Below are positions 36,880-44,992 of a stretch of DNA of 64,000 nt, piece after piece (positions within the stretch are counted from its first letter, which is position 1; each line of letters starts with the position of its first letter). The notes beneath the pieces are model-generated. The model worked only from the letters and a program-made list of their open reading frames with translations, was not told the origin of the DNA and did no database searches. This DNA comes from a virus. The stretch covers positions 53,460 to 117,459 of IMG/VR virus record IMGVR_UViG_3300050119_000104; one strand, written 5' to 3'. The position numbers and the translations under genes are program-made.

Positions 36880-37982
36880 TCTTGCCAGCTAACCCACGGC
36901 TTCCCCTCTGCCGCAGCTTTCTTACCCTCAAGGAAAATCTCCCAACGAGCGGTCGTGCCCCATTCGGGATGATTGAACCAGAGCGCTTGCGATGGTCGGC
37001 TGTAACGTGCGCGCAATTGCAGCATGGCGTACTCATCAAAGCCTTTGAGCGCGTTGTTGACGGTCACTCCCGGCAACCAGAGCATTTGGTGCCAGTGAAA
37101 CAGCACAAGCTCATCGAAGTCCATGCCAATAGTATGCGTCTGTTGACCAAGCTTGATCGAGCCCCGCATGATCGGGCCGATGGCCCCGATGATACCGTCG
37201 CCGCCCTTCACGCCGAGCGAGTCGCCGTGCGTGACCATGTAGCGTGTGCCATAGCTGGGGAAGTGCGCGTCAGCGGTGGATGGAACATCAATCCTGATAT
37301 GCTTCTCTTTGCGGAAGTATCGTTTGAGATTACAATAAATACTCCAATCATAATTTGTAAAAACCCTACCCTTCATTCGCATCTTTTTAGTCGAGCGACC
37401 GTGGTTGCCGACGACACCGACGACGTAGGCGCGACCGAATTTCGTCGCCATATGCTCGATACCGGCGGCCAGGATATCAGTGAGATCATCGACCGCTTGA
37501 TGTGGCGTTCGGTCATTGGTCGCTAGCAATTCCTCATGAATATCACCGCCGATCATGTCGCCGCCGAGCAGGATGATGATACCTGGGTATATAGTCTTGG
37601 CATGCCCCATATGATTGAACGCGAGATCGGCCGTGGTGTCATAGAGCCGGAACGCACGCTTCTTAGCGATGGCCATGTTGAATTCGTTGACGCCGTTGGT
37701 CTCGTCAGCTTTGACAACTTCGCCGTAATGCCAATCTGACCACGCCGTGATCGGACAGCCTCGCGAGCCGATCTTGCCAGCTTTGCCTGTGATCCACGTA
37801 GGTGGCTCAGGATCGTGCGCGGCGAGTCCCCAAATCTCTTGCCGGATTTTCTCCGCCGTATCGTTCTCACGATGGAGTTGCTCGATAGTGCGCCGATAGT
37901 CAATCTGTTGGGCGTTCTTTTTTCGGATCACTTCCTGCGCATCCGCGAGTTGATCCATTATTGTTTTTGTTGCGCTGGCCAT
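36876..37982 (-). CDS. Calcineurin-like metallophosphoesterase
   Basis: SDWHYGE, GGDM..GDIH, GNHGR and THGD motifs. Confidence 0.8.
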   Translation of the reverse strand: MASATKTIMDQLADAQEVIRKKNAQQIDYRRTIEQLHRENDTAEKIRQEIWGLAAHDPEPPTWITGKAGKIGSRGCPITAWSDWHYGEVVKADETNGVNEFNMAIAKKRAFRLYDTTADLAFNHMGHAKTIYPGIIILLGGDMIGGDIHEELLATNDRTPHQAVDDLTDILAAGIEHMATKFGRAYVVGVVGNHGRSTKKMRMKGRVFTNYDWSIYCNLKRYFRKEKHIRIDVPSTADAHFPSYGTRYMVTHGDSLGVKGGDGIIGAIGPIMRGSIKLGQQTHTIGMDFDELVLFHWHQMLWLPGVTVNNALKGFDEYAMLQLRARYSRPSQALWFNHPEWGTTARWEIFLEGKKAAAEGKPWVSWQE

Positions 37983-38129
37983 GACGATAACTCCTGTCTG
38001 TTTCTAAGCCCTTTGGCGACTGACGGTATTTCCGTTTGACTTCAAGATACTTCGGACCTAATCGATAGTTACGATCACGTTCAAGACCCTTCGGCGACTT
38101 GTTGTAGCGGATGTGAGCCGCCTTACTCG

Positions 38130-38771
38130 TCATTTCTTTGCTCGATGTCGAAACGGCAACTTTAGGCCGTCCTGGTTCAGATCGCAAGAAATCTTGCCAA
38201 GCTCTTTGTAACTGATTTTGGTGGGGAGACCACGATGCGGTCCGGGGTAGGTGACGATTGGAAATTTCTTTAGAGTCAGTTTCATGATCTCGCCGTAGTC
38301 GAGCCCGAGAGGGCGACCGTCCTCATCCGGCGTATCCAAGGTGAAAAGCAGAAGCGCCCGCGTGTATTGACGGATATGCTTGTACTCGCGACGCGACAGC
38401 CAGTTCAAACGGTTACTCTCGGCCGGTGTTCGATGTTCTCTAACTTTCTCAGCGGCAATGACCGCCTTATGCTCAGCTTCTTTGGCGCGGTTGGCTGCAA
38501 TAAGTTTTGCTTCTTTGGCGCGCTCGCGGAGCTTCACTTTCTTAGCGCGGAGAGCAATAAGGAGTTTCGCTTTCTTGAGACGGGCAGCAACAAGAAGGGC
38601 TACTTTTTTAGCGCGCTCGTGGAGCTTCGCTTTTGCTTTCGCTTTCTTAGCGCGGAGAGCAGCAAGGAGCTTCGCTTTCTTGAGACGGGAAGCAACAAGA
38701 AACCTCAATCGTTTTGCACGCTTGGCCTCTCGACACTTAAGTCTTTTTACTTGGGAAGTGAGTGATGACAT
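38130..38771 (-). CDS. Lys/Ala/Arg-rich hypothetical protein with an internal repeat
   Basis: Duplicated RLKKAKLL.ALRAKK unit. Confidence 0.5.
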   Translation of the reverse strand: MSSLTSQVKRLKCREAKRAKRLRFLVASRLKKAKLLAALRAKKAKAKAKLHERAKKVALLVAARLKKAKLLIALRAKKVKLRERAKEAKLIAANRAKEAEHKAVIAAEKVREHRTPAESNRLNWLSRREYKHIRQYTRALLLFTLDTPDEDGRPLGLDYGEIMKLTLKKFPIVTYPGPHRGLPTKISYKELGKISCDLNQDGLKLPFRHRAKK

Positions 38772-38772
38772 G

Positions 38773-39213
38773 CTACCAACCTTTTGCCGTTCTCAGAAGC
38801 ACGTCGGCGAGTGATAGTGTCGGATCACAGACAGAGAGGATTTCAAGAACCGACTCCGGCGCGGTGATGTGTTCATATAAGTTCCCCGGAACAAGATATA
38901 GACGAGCGGCGCGTCCCTCCCCCACCTGTAGCAGAACCCAATTGATCCTGCAACCGGCTTGTGAGCGGTCCCGATGCCAGTCCCGTTGCGAGTCCCGGCA
39001 CTTAGGATGGATCGGGGTTGTCGGCCTCACCGGGCGATCTTCGGATTTTAATTCGAGCCAAATTTGGAGCCCATTAATACAACCTTCCACGTCCGGGTGG
39101 CCTGTGCCGACGGCGTTTTCGAGGCGCTGTAGATCGACGAGGTGCCCGGTAGCCTTGAGCGCAGGAATGGCAGTGTCCCGGATACGTTTCCACAGCGCAC
39201 TCTCCCGCGCCAT
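38773..39213 (-). CDS. PD-(D/E)xK nuclease (VRR-NUC / resolvase-like)
   Basis: RLENAVGTGHPDV...WLELK motif. Confidence 0.7.
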   Translation of the reverse strand: MARESALWKRIRDTAIPALKATGHLVDLQRLENAVGTGHPDVEGCINGLQIWLELKSEDRPVRPTTPIHPKCRDSQRDWHRDRSQAGCRINWVLLQVGEGRAARLYLVPGNLYEHITAPESVLEILSVCDPTLSLADVLLRTAKGW

Positions 39214-39215
39214 CT

Positions 39216-39812
39216 TTATTCGACCGGCGGCTGCTTCCGCTTGCGAGGCCATCCTGGTTCAAAGACAAACTTGTCGGAGACGGGCTTGTTTTCCCGCTTC
39301 GCCGCTTCGCCGACCGCAGTGTAGGGTGGGACGGCATTCGGCATGCGCGCGGTGATCTCTTTGATTTTCTCGTTCATGTCCTCCTGCCATCCGCTCGGTA
39401 GCGGCGGCGGTCGGTCATCCACGAAATTTTTCATGAACATCGCGTCGCGGAGTACCACGAGAGAAGCGAGAGCTTTACCGATGTGGCTGATACCTGAAGC
39501 TGGGTCGATATCCTCGCCCTCGAACCACGCGGTCAGATGGCGCATGGTCGCGTCATAATAGACGCTCGCGCGCACGCCAATGACTCGATAGTTATGCCGT
39601 CCATATTTGCGGGCACCTTCAAACATGCCAACTCCGATCTCGGCAATGACGGCGGATGATACCGTCGAGAACGGCACTTTGAGAATGCCGAGCACGTCTT
39701 TCGGATTGGAAGGTTTCGCAGTTGGATTGTTGGCAACGATTTCCGTATTGAGTACGTCATCGGGATTCGTGCTTATCCGGTTGACACCCACAACCTCTTT
39801 ATCTTGGGTCAT
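39216..39812 (-). CDS. dATP/dGTP diphosphohydrolase-domain (DUF5664-like) protein, N-terminus replaced by the TIR element
   Basis: NPKD..G..K.P, GARKYG..N.R, RHL..W..GEDID..SG..H motifs; the first 15 codons lie inside the element. Confidence 0.75.
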   Translation of the reverse strand: MTQDKEVVGVNRISTNPDDVLNTEIVANNPTAKPSNPKDVLGILKVPFSTVSSAVIAEIGVGMFEGARKYGRHNYRVIGVRASVYYDATMRHLTAWFEGEDIDPASGISHIGKALASLVVLRDAMFMKNFVDDRPPPLPSGWQEDMNEKIKEITARMPNAVPPYTAVGEAAKRENKPVSDKFVFEPGWPRKRKQPPVE

Positions 39813-40903
39813 GCGGCCCTCCGGCTTTCGTCTCCACGACGCTGAGCACTCAGCGCGAGAATGTTCCGTGCGGCATTTGTGTCACGGTCATGGACCGCTC
39901 CGCATCCGCCGCACATCCATTCCCTTATTCCAAGCTCTGCGATACCTTTAGGGCCACAACGCGCACCGCACGTTGAACAGAGTTGGGAAGTCCATCGCTC
40001 ATCGGCCTCAATGTACGTCGCCCCGTGCCTGCTGGCCTTGTAGCGGAGCGCCGACCGGAACGAGGACCAAGAGGCGTCGAGCACGGATTTAGCCATCCGT
40101 GTTCGGGCCATCTGCGCCGCGTTCACATTGCCGACGACGATCAGGCGATTGTCCGCAGCGATGCGGGCCGTCGCCTTATGGATGTGATCTTTCCGGGCAT
40201 TCGCGATCTTGGCATGAATAGCCTTGGTGCGCTTGCGGTTACCGGCGCGCTGCGCCGTGGCAAGTGCCCGTTCGTATTGGCGGTAGTGGCGGAGCGCGGG
40301 GACCGAAGTGCCATCGCTGCACGCCGCAAGGGTTTTCAGCCCCAAATCAATGCCGATTTCGCCGTTGCCTATAGGCAAATCGGCAACATCGACGTGGAAG
40401 CACACGTACCAGCGTCCGCGTGCATCCTCGACGAACGCTCCACCTTTTGCGGTTGGCGGTAATGGCCGTCGCGCTTGCCAGAAATGGTAGACCTTGCCGA
40501 GATAGGTGATCGTGTTGGCTGATACCTGACGGCTCTGACCCTGAAACGGTATCCAGCCCAAAGCGCGCGATCCGCGCCAGCGCAATGAGCGCTTTGCCTT
40601 GTCGCGACTCCGCGCATACTGCTCGCACACCGAGCCGACCGTCTGCGCATGAATGCCCAAGTCCTTCGACGTGCCTTTGGTCATCCGTTGTAGGTCGAAA
40701 TGCGACGGCCATTTGCGCTTCGGCGACCCATCGCGGTAGCGCGCCTCGATGTCATGCTGTACCTCGTTGCAGTAATTCCAGACGACGTTGCACGCTTTCG
40801 CATGCCGCCGAAGGGTCTTTTTGGCGGAGCGGTCCTTGATGCGATAGCGGTAAGTCAAGATCATCTGGGTTTAGTACCTGTGGGTGTCAACCGGATAAGC
40901 ATG
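39768..40903 (-). mobile_element. 1136-bp TIR-bounded tnpB element, copy 1 (IS1595/ISSod11-like ends, no transposase)
   Basis: 25-bp TIR CRTGCTTATCCGGTTGACACCCACA at both ends; identical to the copy at 62885. Confidence 0.9.
39809..40864 (-). CDS. tnpB: TnpB with rearranged RuvC-II (G in place of E; alternative E downstream)
   Basis: IGIDLG; LIVVGNV; ADERWTSQLCSTCG; CGGCG.VHDRDTNAARNI. Confidence 0.92.
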   Translation of the reverse strand: MILTYRYRIKDRSAKKTLRRHAKACNVVWNYCNEVQHDIEARYRDGSPKRKWPSHFDLQRMTKGTSKDLGIHAQTVGSVCEQYARSRDKAKRSLRWRGSRALGWIPFQGQSRQVSANTITYLGKVYHFWQARRPLPPTAKGGAFVEDARGRWYVCFHVDVADLPIGNGEIGIDLGLKTLAACSDGTSVPALRHYRQYERALATAQRAGNRKRTKAIHAKIANARKDHIHKATARIAADNRLIVVGNVNAAQMARTRMAKSVLDASWSSFRSALRYKASRHGATYIEADERWTSQLCSTCGARCGPKGIAELGIREWMCGGCGAVHDRDTNAARNILALSAQRRGDESRRAA

Positions 40904-40965
40904 AACTCAATGAGCTTTTTGATCGGCTTGCGCCGGTGAAGCTCGCTAAGATTAGTCTTTGTCAT
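40904..40965 (-). pseudogene. Orphan N-terminal fragment interrupted by the tnpB element
   Basis: GGGAGG RBS + MTKTNLSELHRRKPIKKLIEF running into the TIR. Confidence 0.5.
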
Positions 40966-41161
40966 ATCCAACAGCCTCCCTATAATGGACACACGTTTCG
41001 TCCGGGGCCCCATGTACCTCTGCGCACGGGCAATCGAGACCCCAGCTACAATGAGCGCCGCGAGCCCCAGCTAGAAGCACGCGCGCAGCCTCAGCTTCGC
41101 GAACGCAAAGCGGGCACGGTTCGGTGCCTTTGGAAAAATCGTGATGGTGGCGGCAGCGCAC
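40952..41161 (-). CDS. Small Cys-rich hypothetical protein
   Basis: Coupled ORF; CPLC and CPC motifs. Confidence 0.45.
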   Translation of the reverse strand: MRCRHHHDFSKGTEPCPLCVREAEAARVLLAGARGAHCSWGLDCPCAEVHGAPDETCVHYREAVGYDKD

Positions 41162-41432
41162 GTCAGGTCTGTGCAGGCGGGAGCATCATTTGCTGGTCGA
41201 TGCGGCGTATGGCCTGAGCCACGCCGGTGCCGCGCGCAAACGCAGCCTCTCCCTCGGCGTATTTCTCTTTGCTGAATTCCAGAGGCTCAGTCATTGGGGG
41301 CTCCCTTTCAAATCCGGGCCGGGCTTCCACCAGCATCATGGATGTACCACTTGCATCCTTCCTTTTCAGGCTAACCACACCTTTACGTCGCAGATGCGCG
41401 AAGCCATCCCGTAGCGGAGCTAGCGCAACCTG

Positions 41433-42278
41433 TCAATAGTCAGGTGACAAACCTAAGTCGTCCGAATTCAGACCCTGGGGCGCACTCACGTCAGCGGGCG
41501 TCGGGCAGCGCGCTCTTGTGGCGCGGATCACTTTGGTCTGCTTCTCGCCGCGATATTCAGAATGTTCTTTAACCGACGCGCGCAGCGTGAACGTTTCGCC
41601 AACTTCGGTTTTGAAAGCGGGCGACATGCAGACGATGGAATTCCCGGCGGCGTCGCGCATGGTCGAAACGTAGACCGTTTGCGCGCGGTCGTAGTAGCCG
41701 AAGCCAGCGCGCTCGAACGTCGAAACACGCTCGACCGTGACCGCGACTTCGATGCGCTTGCCGATCTCACCAACGTGGCCGCTACCGGCGACCGCGACGG
41801 CCCGAGCCTCGCACTTGTCACACGCGGAAATCAGCGTAGCCATCTGCTTTTCGGACAGGTTGCCGGTCCGCGCGACGGTTTCCATAACGCTCGCGATAAA
41901 CGGGTTCTGCTCCGAAAACTTGGCAGCGCGCTCGAACAGCGGACCATTGTCCCGCGTGACGACGGCCCAGCGCTCCGCGCGCTCGGCGGCAATTTTAGCG
42001 ACCTTCACGGCGAGCTTCTCGGCCTTCGCAGCGGCCTTTTTATCAGCGGTCGCGTTCAGCTTTGCGAGTTGCTCGGCGGTGTAGAGCTTATGGCAGACGA
42101 TGGAACCACGGCCGGAACCGCCGCACTGGAAGCAGGTCCAGCCGGTGAACTTCCAGACCTCAGAACCGCCCTGGCCGCCGCAGCGGCCGCAGGGGCTCTC
42201 CTTGGTGATCGAGGGCGCACCCTTGGCGTTGATTTGGGGTGTGCCGGTGAACAGGGGACCAGTTCGGGGCGCGGTCAT
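41433..42278 (-). CDS. Zn-finger (CxxCxG) + OB-fold-like protein
   Basis: CGRCGG/CFQCGG and the C-terminal GHVGEIGKRI...TLRASVKEHSEYRGEKQT motif. Confidence 0.65.
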   Translation of the reverse strand: MTAPRTGPLFTGTPQINAKGAPSITKESPCGRCGGQGGSEVWKFTGWTCFQCGGSGRGSIVCHKLYTAEQLAKLNATADKKAAAKAEKLAVKVAKIAAERAERWAVVTRDNGPLFERAAKFSEQNPFIASVMETVARTGNLSEKQMATLISACDKCEARAVAVAGSGHVGEIGKRIEVAVTVERVSTFERAGFGYYDRAQTVYVSTMRDAAGNSIVCMSPAFKTEVGETFTLRASVKEHSEYRGEKQTKVIRATRARCPTPADVSAPQGLNSDDLGLSPDY

Positions 42279-42354
42279 GGGTTTTTCTCCGCCCTCTACA
42301 TGGCACGGCTCGGGGGAGCCAGCCAGCGGAACCTTGGAAGGAGGTTAAGAGACC

Positions 42355-42595
42355 CATGCTTATCCGGTTGACGCCCAATGCTTGACAGCTACCTGGAATT
42401 TTGCTTTTCTCCGTTCCGACAATCGCCTCCGATTGATTGGGGGTATCTAAAGACCATGTTTCCGTCGTCTGTTCGCGCCGAAAGGTAGAACGGCGATGAA
42501 TAAGGTCCATTTCGGTGGATCGCGCAGAGTGCTCTGCGTCCTGTAGAGGAGAGCCGGGTTCGTGTCGCCCATTGGGCGTCAACCGGATAAGCACG
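42355..42595 (+). mobile_element. 241-bp MITE A (putative omegaRNA cassette), 8-bp TSD AAGAGACC
   Basis: 26-bp TIR; TSD at 42347-42354 and 42596-42603; structured non-coding interior. Confidence 0.9.
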
Positions 42596-43157
42596 AAGAG
42601 ACCGTAAAGGGCTCGCTAGGGCTCAGTTTTCCGCTCCGGTGGGGCATCCATAGCCCAGGAGTGGAAAAACGCGCCAGCGGGCTTCCTCGTGGCTTTGTAG
42701 AGGGTTCTATTCTCCGCATCGGATCGCCATTCCCCCATTGAAGGCATCTTATCGCCCTTAAAGGTGCCCGAGCGGGGCACACGAGGGGGGCATATTCTTT
42801 GCAGCGGAGGTTGCTGAAGCTGTTTTTATGGGAAGGGCGCTAGGGCCGTTACCCTTTGGCGGTATTGCCGCGCAGAATAAGCAGGCGCTGCCATTGCGAT
42901 TCGATCAGGGCGTCGAATTCGACGAGGTTCCCGCATGTCGAGCGCACTAGCCATGCTTCACGCTCCTGCACGTTCGGCCGCTTCCATCCGACGGCTGAAC
43001 GCTTGCGCCTCGAATGCGCGAGCATGCGCCGAGTCATCAATGGGGTGGAATAGCCGCGTGTAGAAGTGCCGACCGTCCGTGGTCGTTATGAACACCTCTG
43101 AGAAGGGGCGATCTTCGCCCCGCCGCTCGATCCGCACCTCCGCGACTTCGGGTGCGC

Positions 43158-43736
43158 TCACGGCTTCCAGCCTGCTTCGATATCGATAGCCGCGTGTAAA
43201 ATAGCTAAGTGAGAGAGTTGAACGAAACCGTATTCGTATGACGGCGTGTAGAAATTCAGATCGCCCATCTTGCGCATTGGATTGTCGCGCTCGAAACCGG
43301 AGAACGTGGCAATGTCCATGCCCTGCGCTCGCGCGTATTCAATCGCGCGAATGATGTTCAGGGATTTGCCCGAGCACGACATCGCGATCAGAATATCGGG
43401 CTCATCGATGCCGAGCAATTCGAGTTGCTTGCTAAACATCGCCTCGACACCGAAGTCGTTGGCGTGCGAGGTGAGCGCGCACGAGTCGTTCAACGCGATG
43501 GCGGGCAAACGCGCCAACGAGAAATCGACGGCGAGATGACTGGCGGAAGCAGCGGCGCCGCCGTTACCGACCAGGATAATTCTACCGCCAGTGTGCAGCT
43601 TTTTGCGGAGATTGAAGACGCCCTGATCGAGTGTCAGCGTCCATCCATCCAGCGCCGGGTATCTCCGGTCTGTGACTTCCGTCAGCGTCGTCGCGAGATA
43701 CGCGGCGCTGATCCAATTTTGTGTGAAGTCGATCAT
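43158..43736 (-). CDS. gmhA: SIS-domain phosphoheptose isomerase-like protein
   Basis: GRIILVGNGG...ASH.A.DF, ND.G...MFS.Q and DILIA.S.SGKS.NI motifs; some canonical residues are altered. Confidence 0.75.
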   Translation of the reverse strand: MIDFTQNWISAAYLATTLTEVTDRRYPALDGWTLTLDQGVFNLRKKLHTGGRIILVGNGGAAASASHLAVDFSLARLPAIALNDSCALTSHANDFGVEAMFSKQLELLGIDEPDILIAMSCSGKSLNIIRAIEYARAQGMDIATFSGFERDNPMRKMGDLNFYTPSYEYGFVQLSHLAILHAAIDIEAGWKP

Positions 43737-43919
43737 CCGTGGTGCTGCTTATTTTTCTTCTTCATAGGAGCATCCCGAGCGCGTGCAAGTAGGTTATAGC
43801 TGGGTACAACGAGGCAAAGGCCGACATTATGAGGAATTTTTAATGGTGCCGCTTCCCTTGTAACAAAGATGGCAAGTTGACCCGCTGAATCCTGGTGGAT
43901 GTGATCTCTAAACTACGCA

Positions 43920-44201
43920 TCATTGGAGTCGTCTCTGCGATCTTTCGCGGTGAGTGGGGGCAACATCTCCCGGCTGACATGAGACAACGAGCCAGTCGCC
44001 CGCGTCGGCCGGTACGAGACCGGGTGTGAATTTTAGTCCCTTGATGTAGCAGACACAGGAGAAAGCATGCAAGGGTTTGATGGTCCGGTCACCATACATA
44101 TCAAACATATTGGTGACCGGCAAAAGACTGCCGTCGAAAGTTACCGTCCAGCGGATATCTTTCGGTACGAAGTTCGGATCGTCCGAGCTAACGCTGACCA
44201 A
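43920..44201 (-). CDS. Hypothetical protein
   Basis: 93 aa ORF coupled to the upstream gene. Confidence 0.4.
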   Translation of the reverse strand: MVSVSSDDPNFVPKDIRWTVTFDGSLLPVTNMFDMYGDRTIKPLHAFSCVCYIKGLKFTPGLVPADAGDWLVVSCQPGDVAPTHRERSQRRLQ

Positions 44202-44202
44202 G

Positions 44203-44913
44203 CTATTGCCTCAACTTGCACGAGGCATTCGTAAAATCGCGCGTTCCACCACCGACGTTTTGTCTCTCGACATAGCGCCATGTATTTTTGTCGGGATCGC
44301 GCATCACATCGCCGGTCAACTTGACTCCAGGGACGTTCGCCCGCGTACCTGACCACTCCCACTGATTGTCATTGATCTTTTTGAGAGCAACATTGTTGTA
44401 CATCTCGAAACGGTCCCACGTGATACCGCCACCGTCCGTTTCAGTGATGGACATATCGCCGTCTCCATCAGTCGAGAACTTGACCGCGAGCATGTTCGCG
44501 CCGTCGCGGCATGATAGGTCGTAGGCCCATTTTTTACTGTTGCTCGGCATCGAACGCACAATCGGGTGACTCAGATCGAGTGTGTTGGGAAAAACTCCCC
44601 AAGTTGGAGCCGACCACAAATCCGGAGTGATGCCACCCCCACTAACACCGCCGCCAGAACCGATGAACGGTTGCACTGTGCTAACTTGCCCAAACGACTG
44701 CGGTATATCCGCCCATGGGCCCCCACCTGCGCCACCGCCGCTGGATATGTTGTTCTTCACATTGATTTGGGCATTCAAAACCGCAGTCGCTGTTGCGGTC
44801 GCCGTGTTCTTATTGATATTGATATTCTTGTTCGTGTTCATGTTCTTCGGAGCGGCGCTTGCCACTGAGATCGTGACCAGGACTCCGATTAAGGCCAAAA
44901 GAATTCGCGTCAT
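44203..44913 (-). CDS. Secreted protein with Asn/Thr-rich repeat
   Basis: Signal peptide MTRILLALIGVLVTISVASA followed by NMNTNKNININKNTATATATA. Confidence 0.6.
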   Translation of the reverse strand: MTRILLALIGVLVTISVASAAPKNMNTNKNININKNTATATATAVLNAQINVKNNISSGGGAGGGPWADIPQSFGQVSTVQPFIGSGGGVSGGGITPDLWSAPTWGVFPNTLDLSHPIVRSMPSNSKKWAYDLSCRDGANMLAVKFSTDGDGDMSITETDGGGITWDRFEMYNNVALKKINDNQWEWSGTRANVPGVKLTGDVMRDPDKNTWRYVERQNVGGGTRDFTNASCKLRQ

Positions 44914-44992
44914 GTTCGTTTACTCTCTATCTGTTTTGGTTTGTCAAAAGGTCGCGCCGCATCCAGGAAAAGATGCGGCGCGTCCTTGACGT

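Noticed and set aside
39768-40903. IS200/IS605 element with TTGAC left motif and TCAA right end inserted in a hairpin
   Set aside because: The outer GCTTATCCGG/CCGGATAAGC bases travel with every copy, and the TSDs lie outside them. This reading is kept only as the refuting alternative.
42358-42370. Similarity of CTTATCCGG to enterobacterial REP sequences
   Set aside because: Only a 9-nt match, with no GTAG foot and no RAYT gene; likely coincidental.
42341-42385. GGAGG RBS followed by the TIR ATG on the + strand
   Set aside because: It gives only a 9-codon ORF created by the insertion; no evidence of function.
42355-42595. Group I intron / IStron interpretation of the structured MITE
   Set aside because: It occurs in both orientations relative to transcription, has TIRs and 8-bp TSDs, and no P7 core or terminal omega-G context was recognisable.
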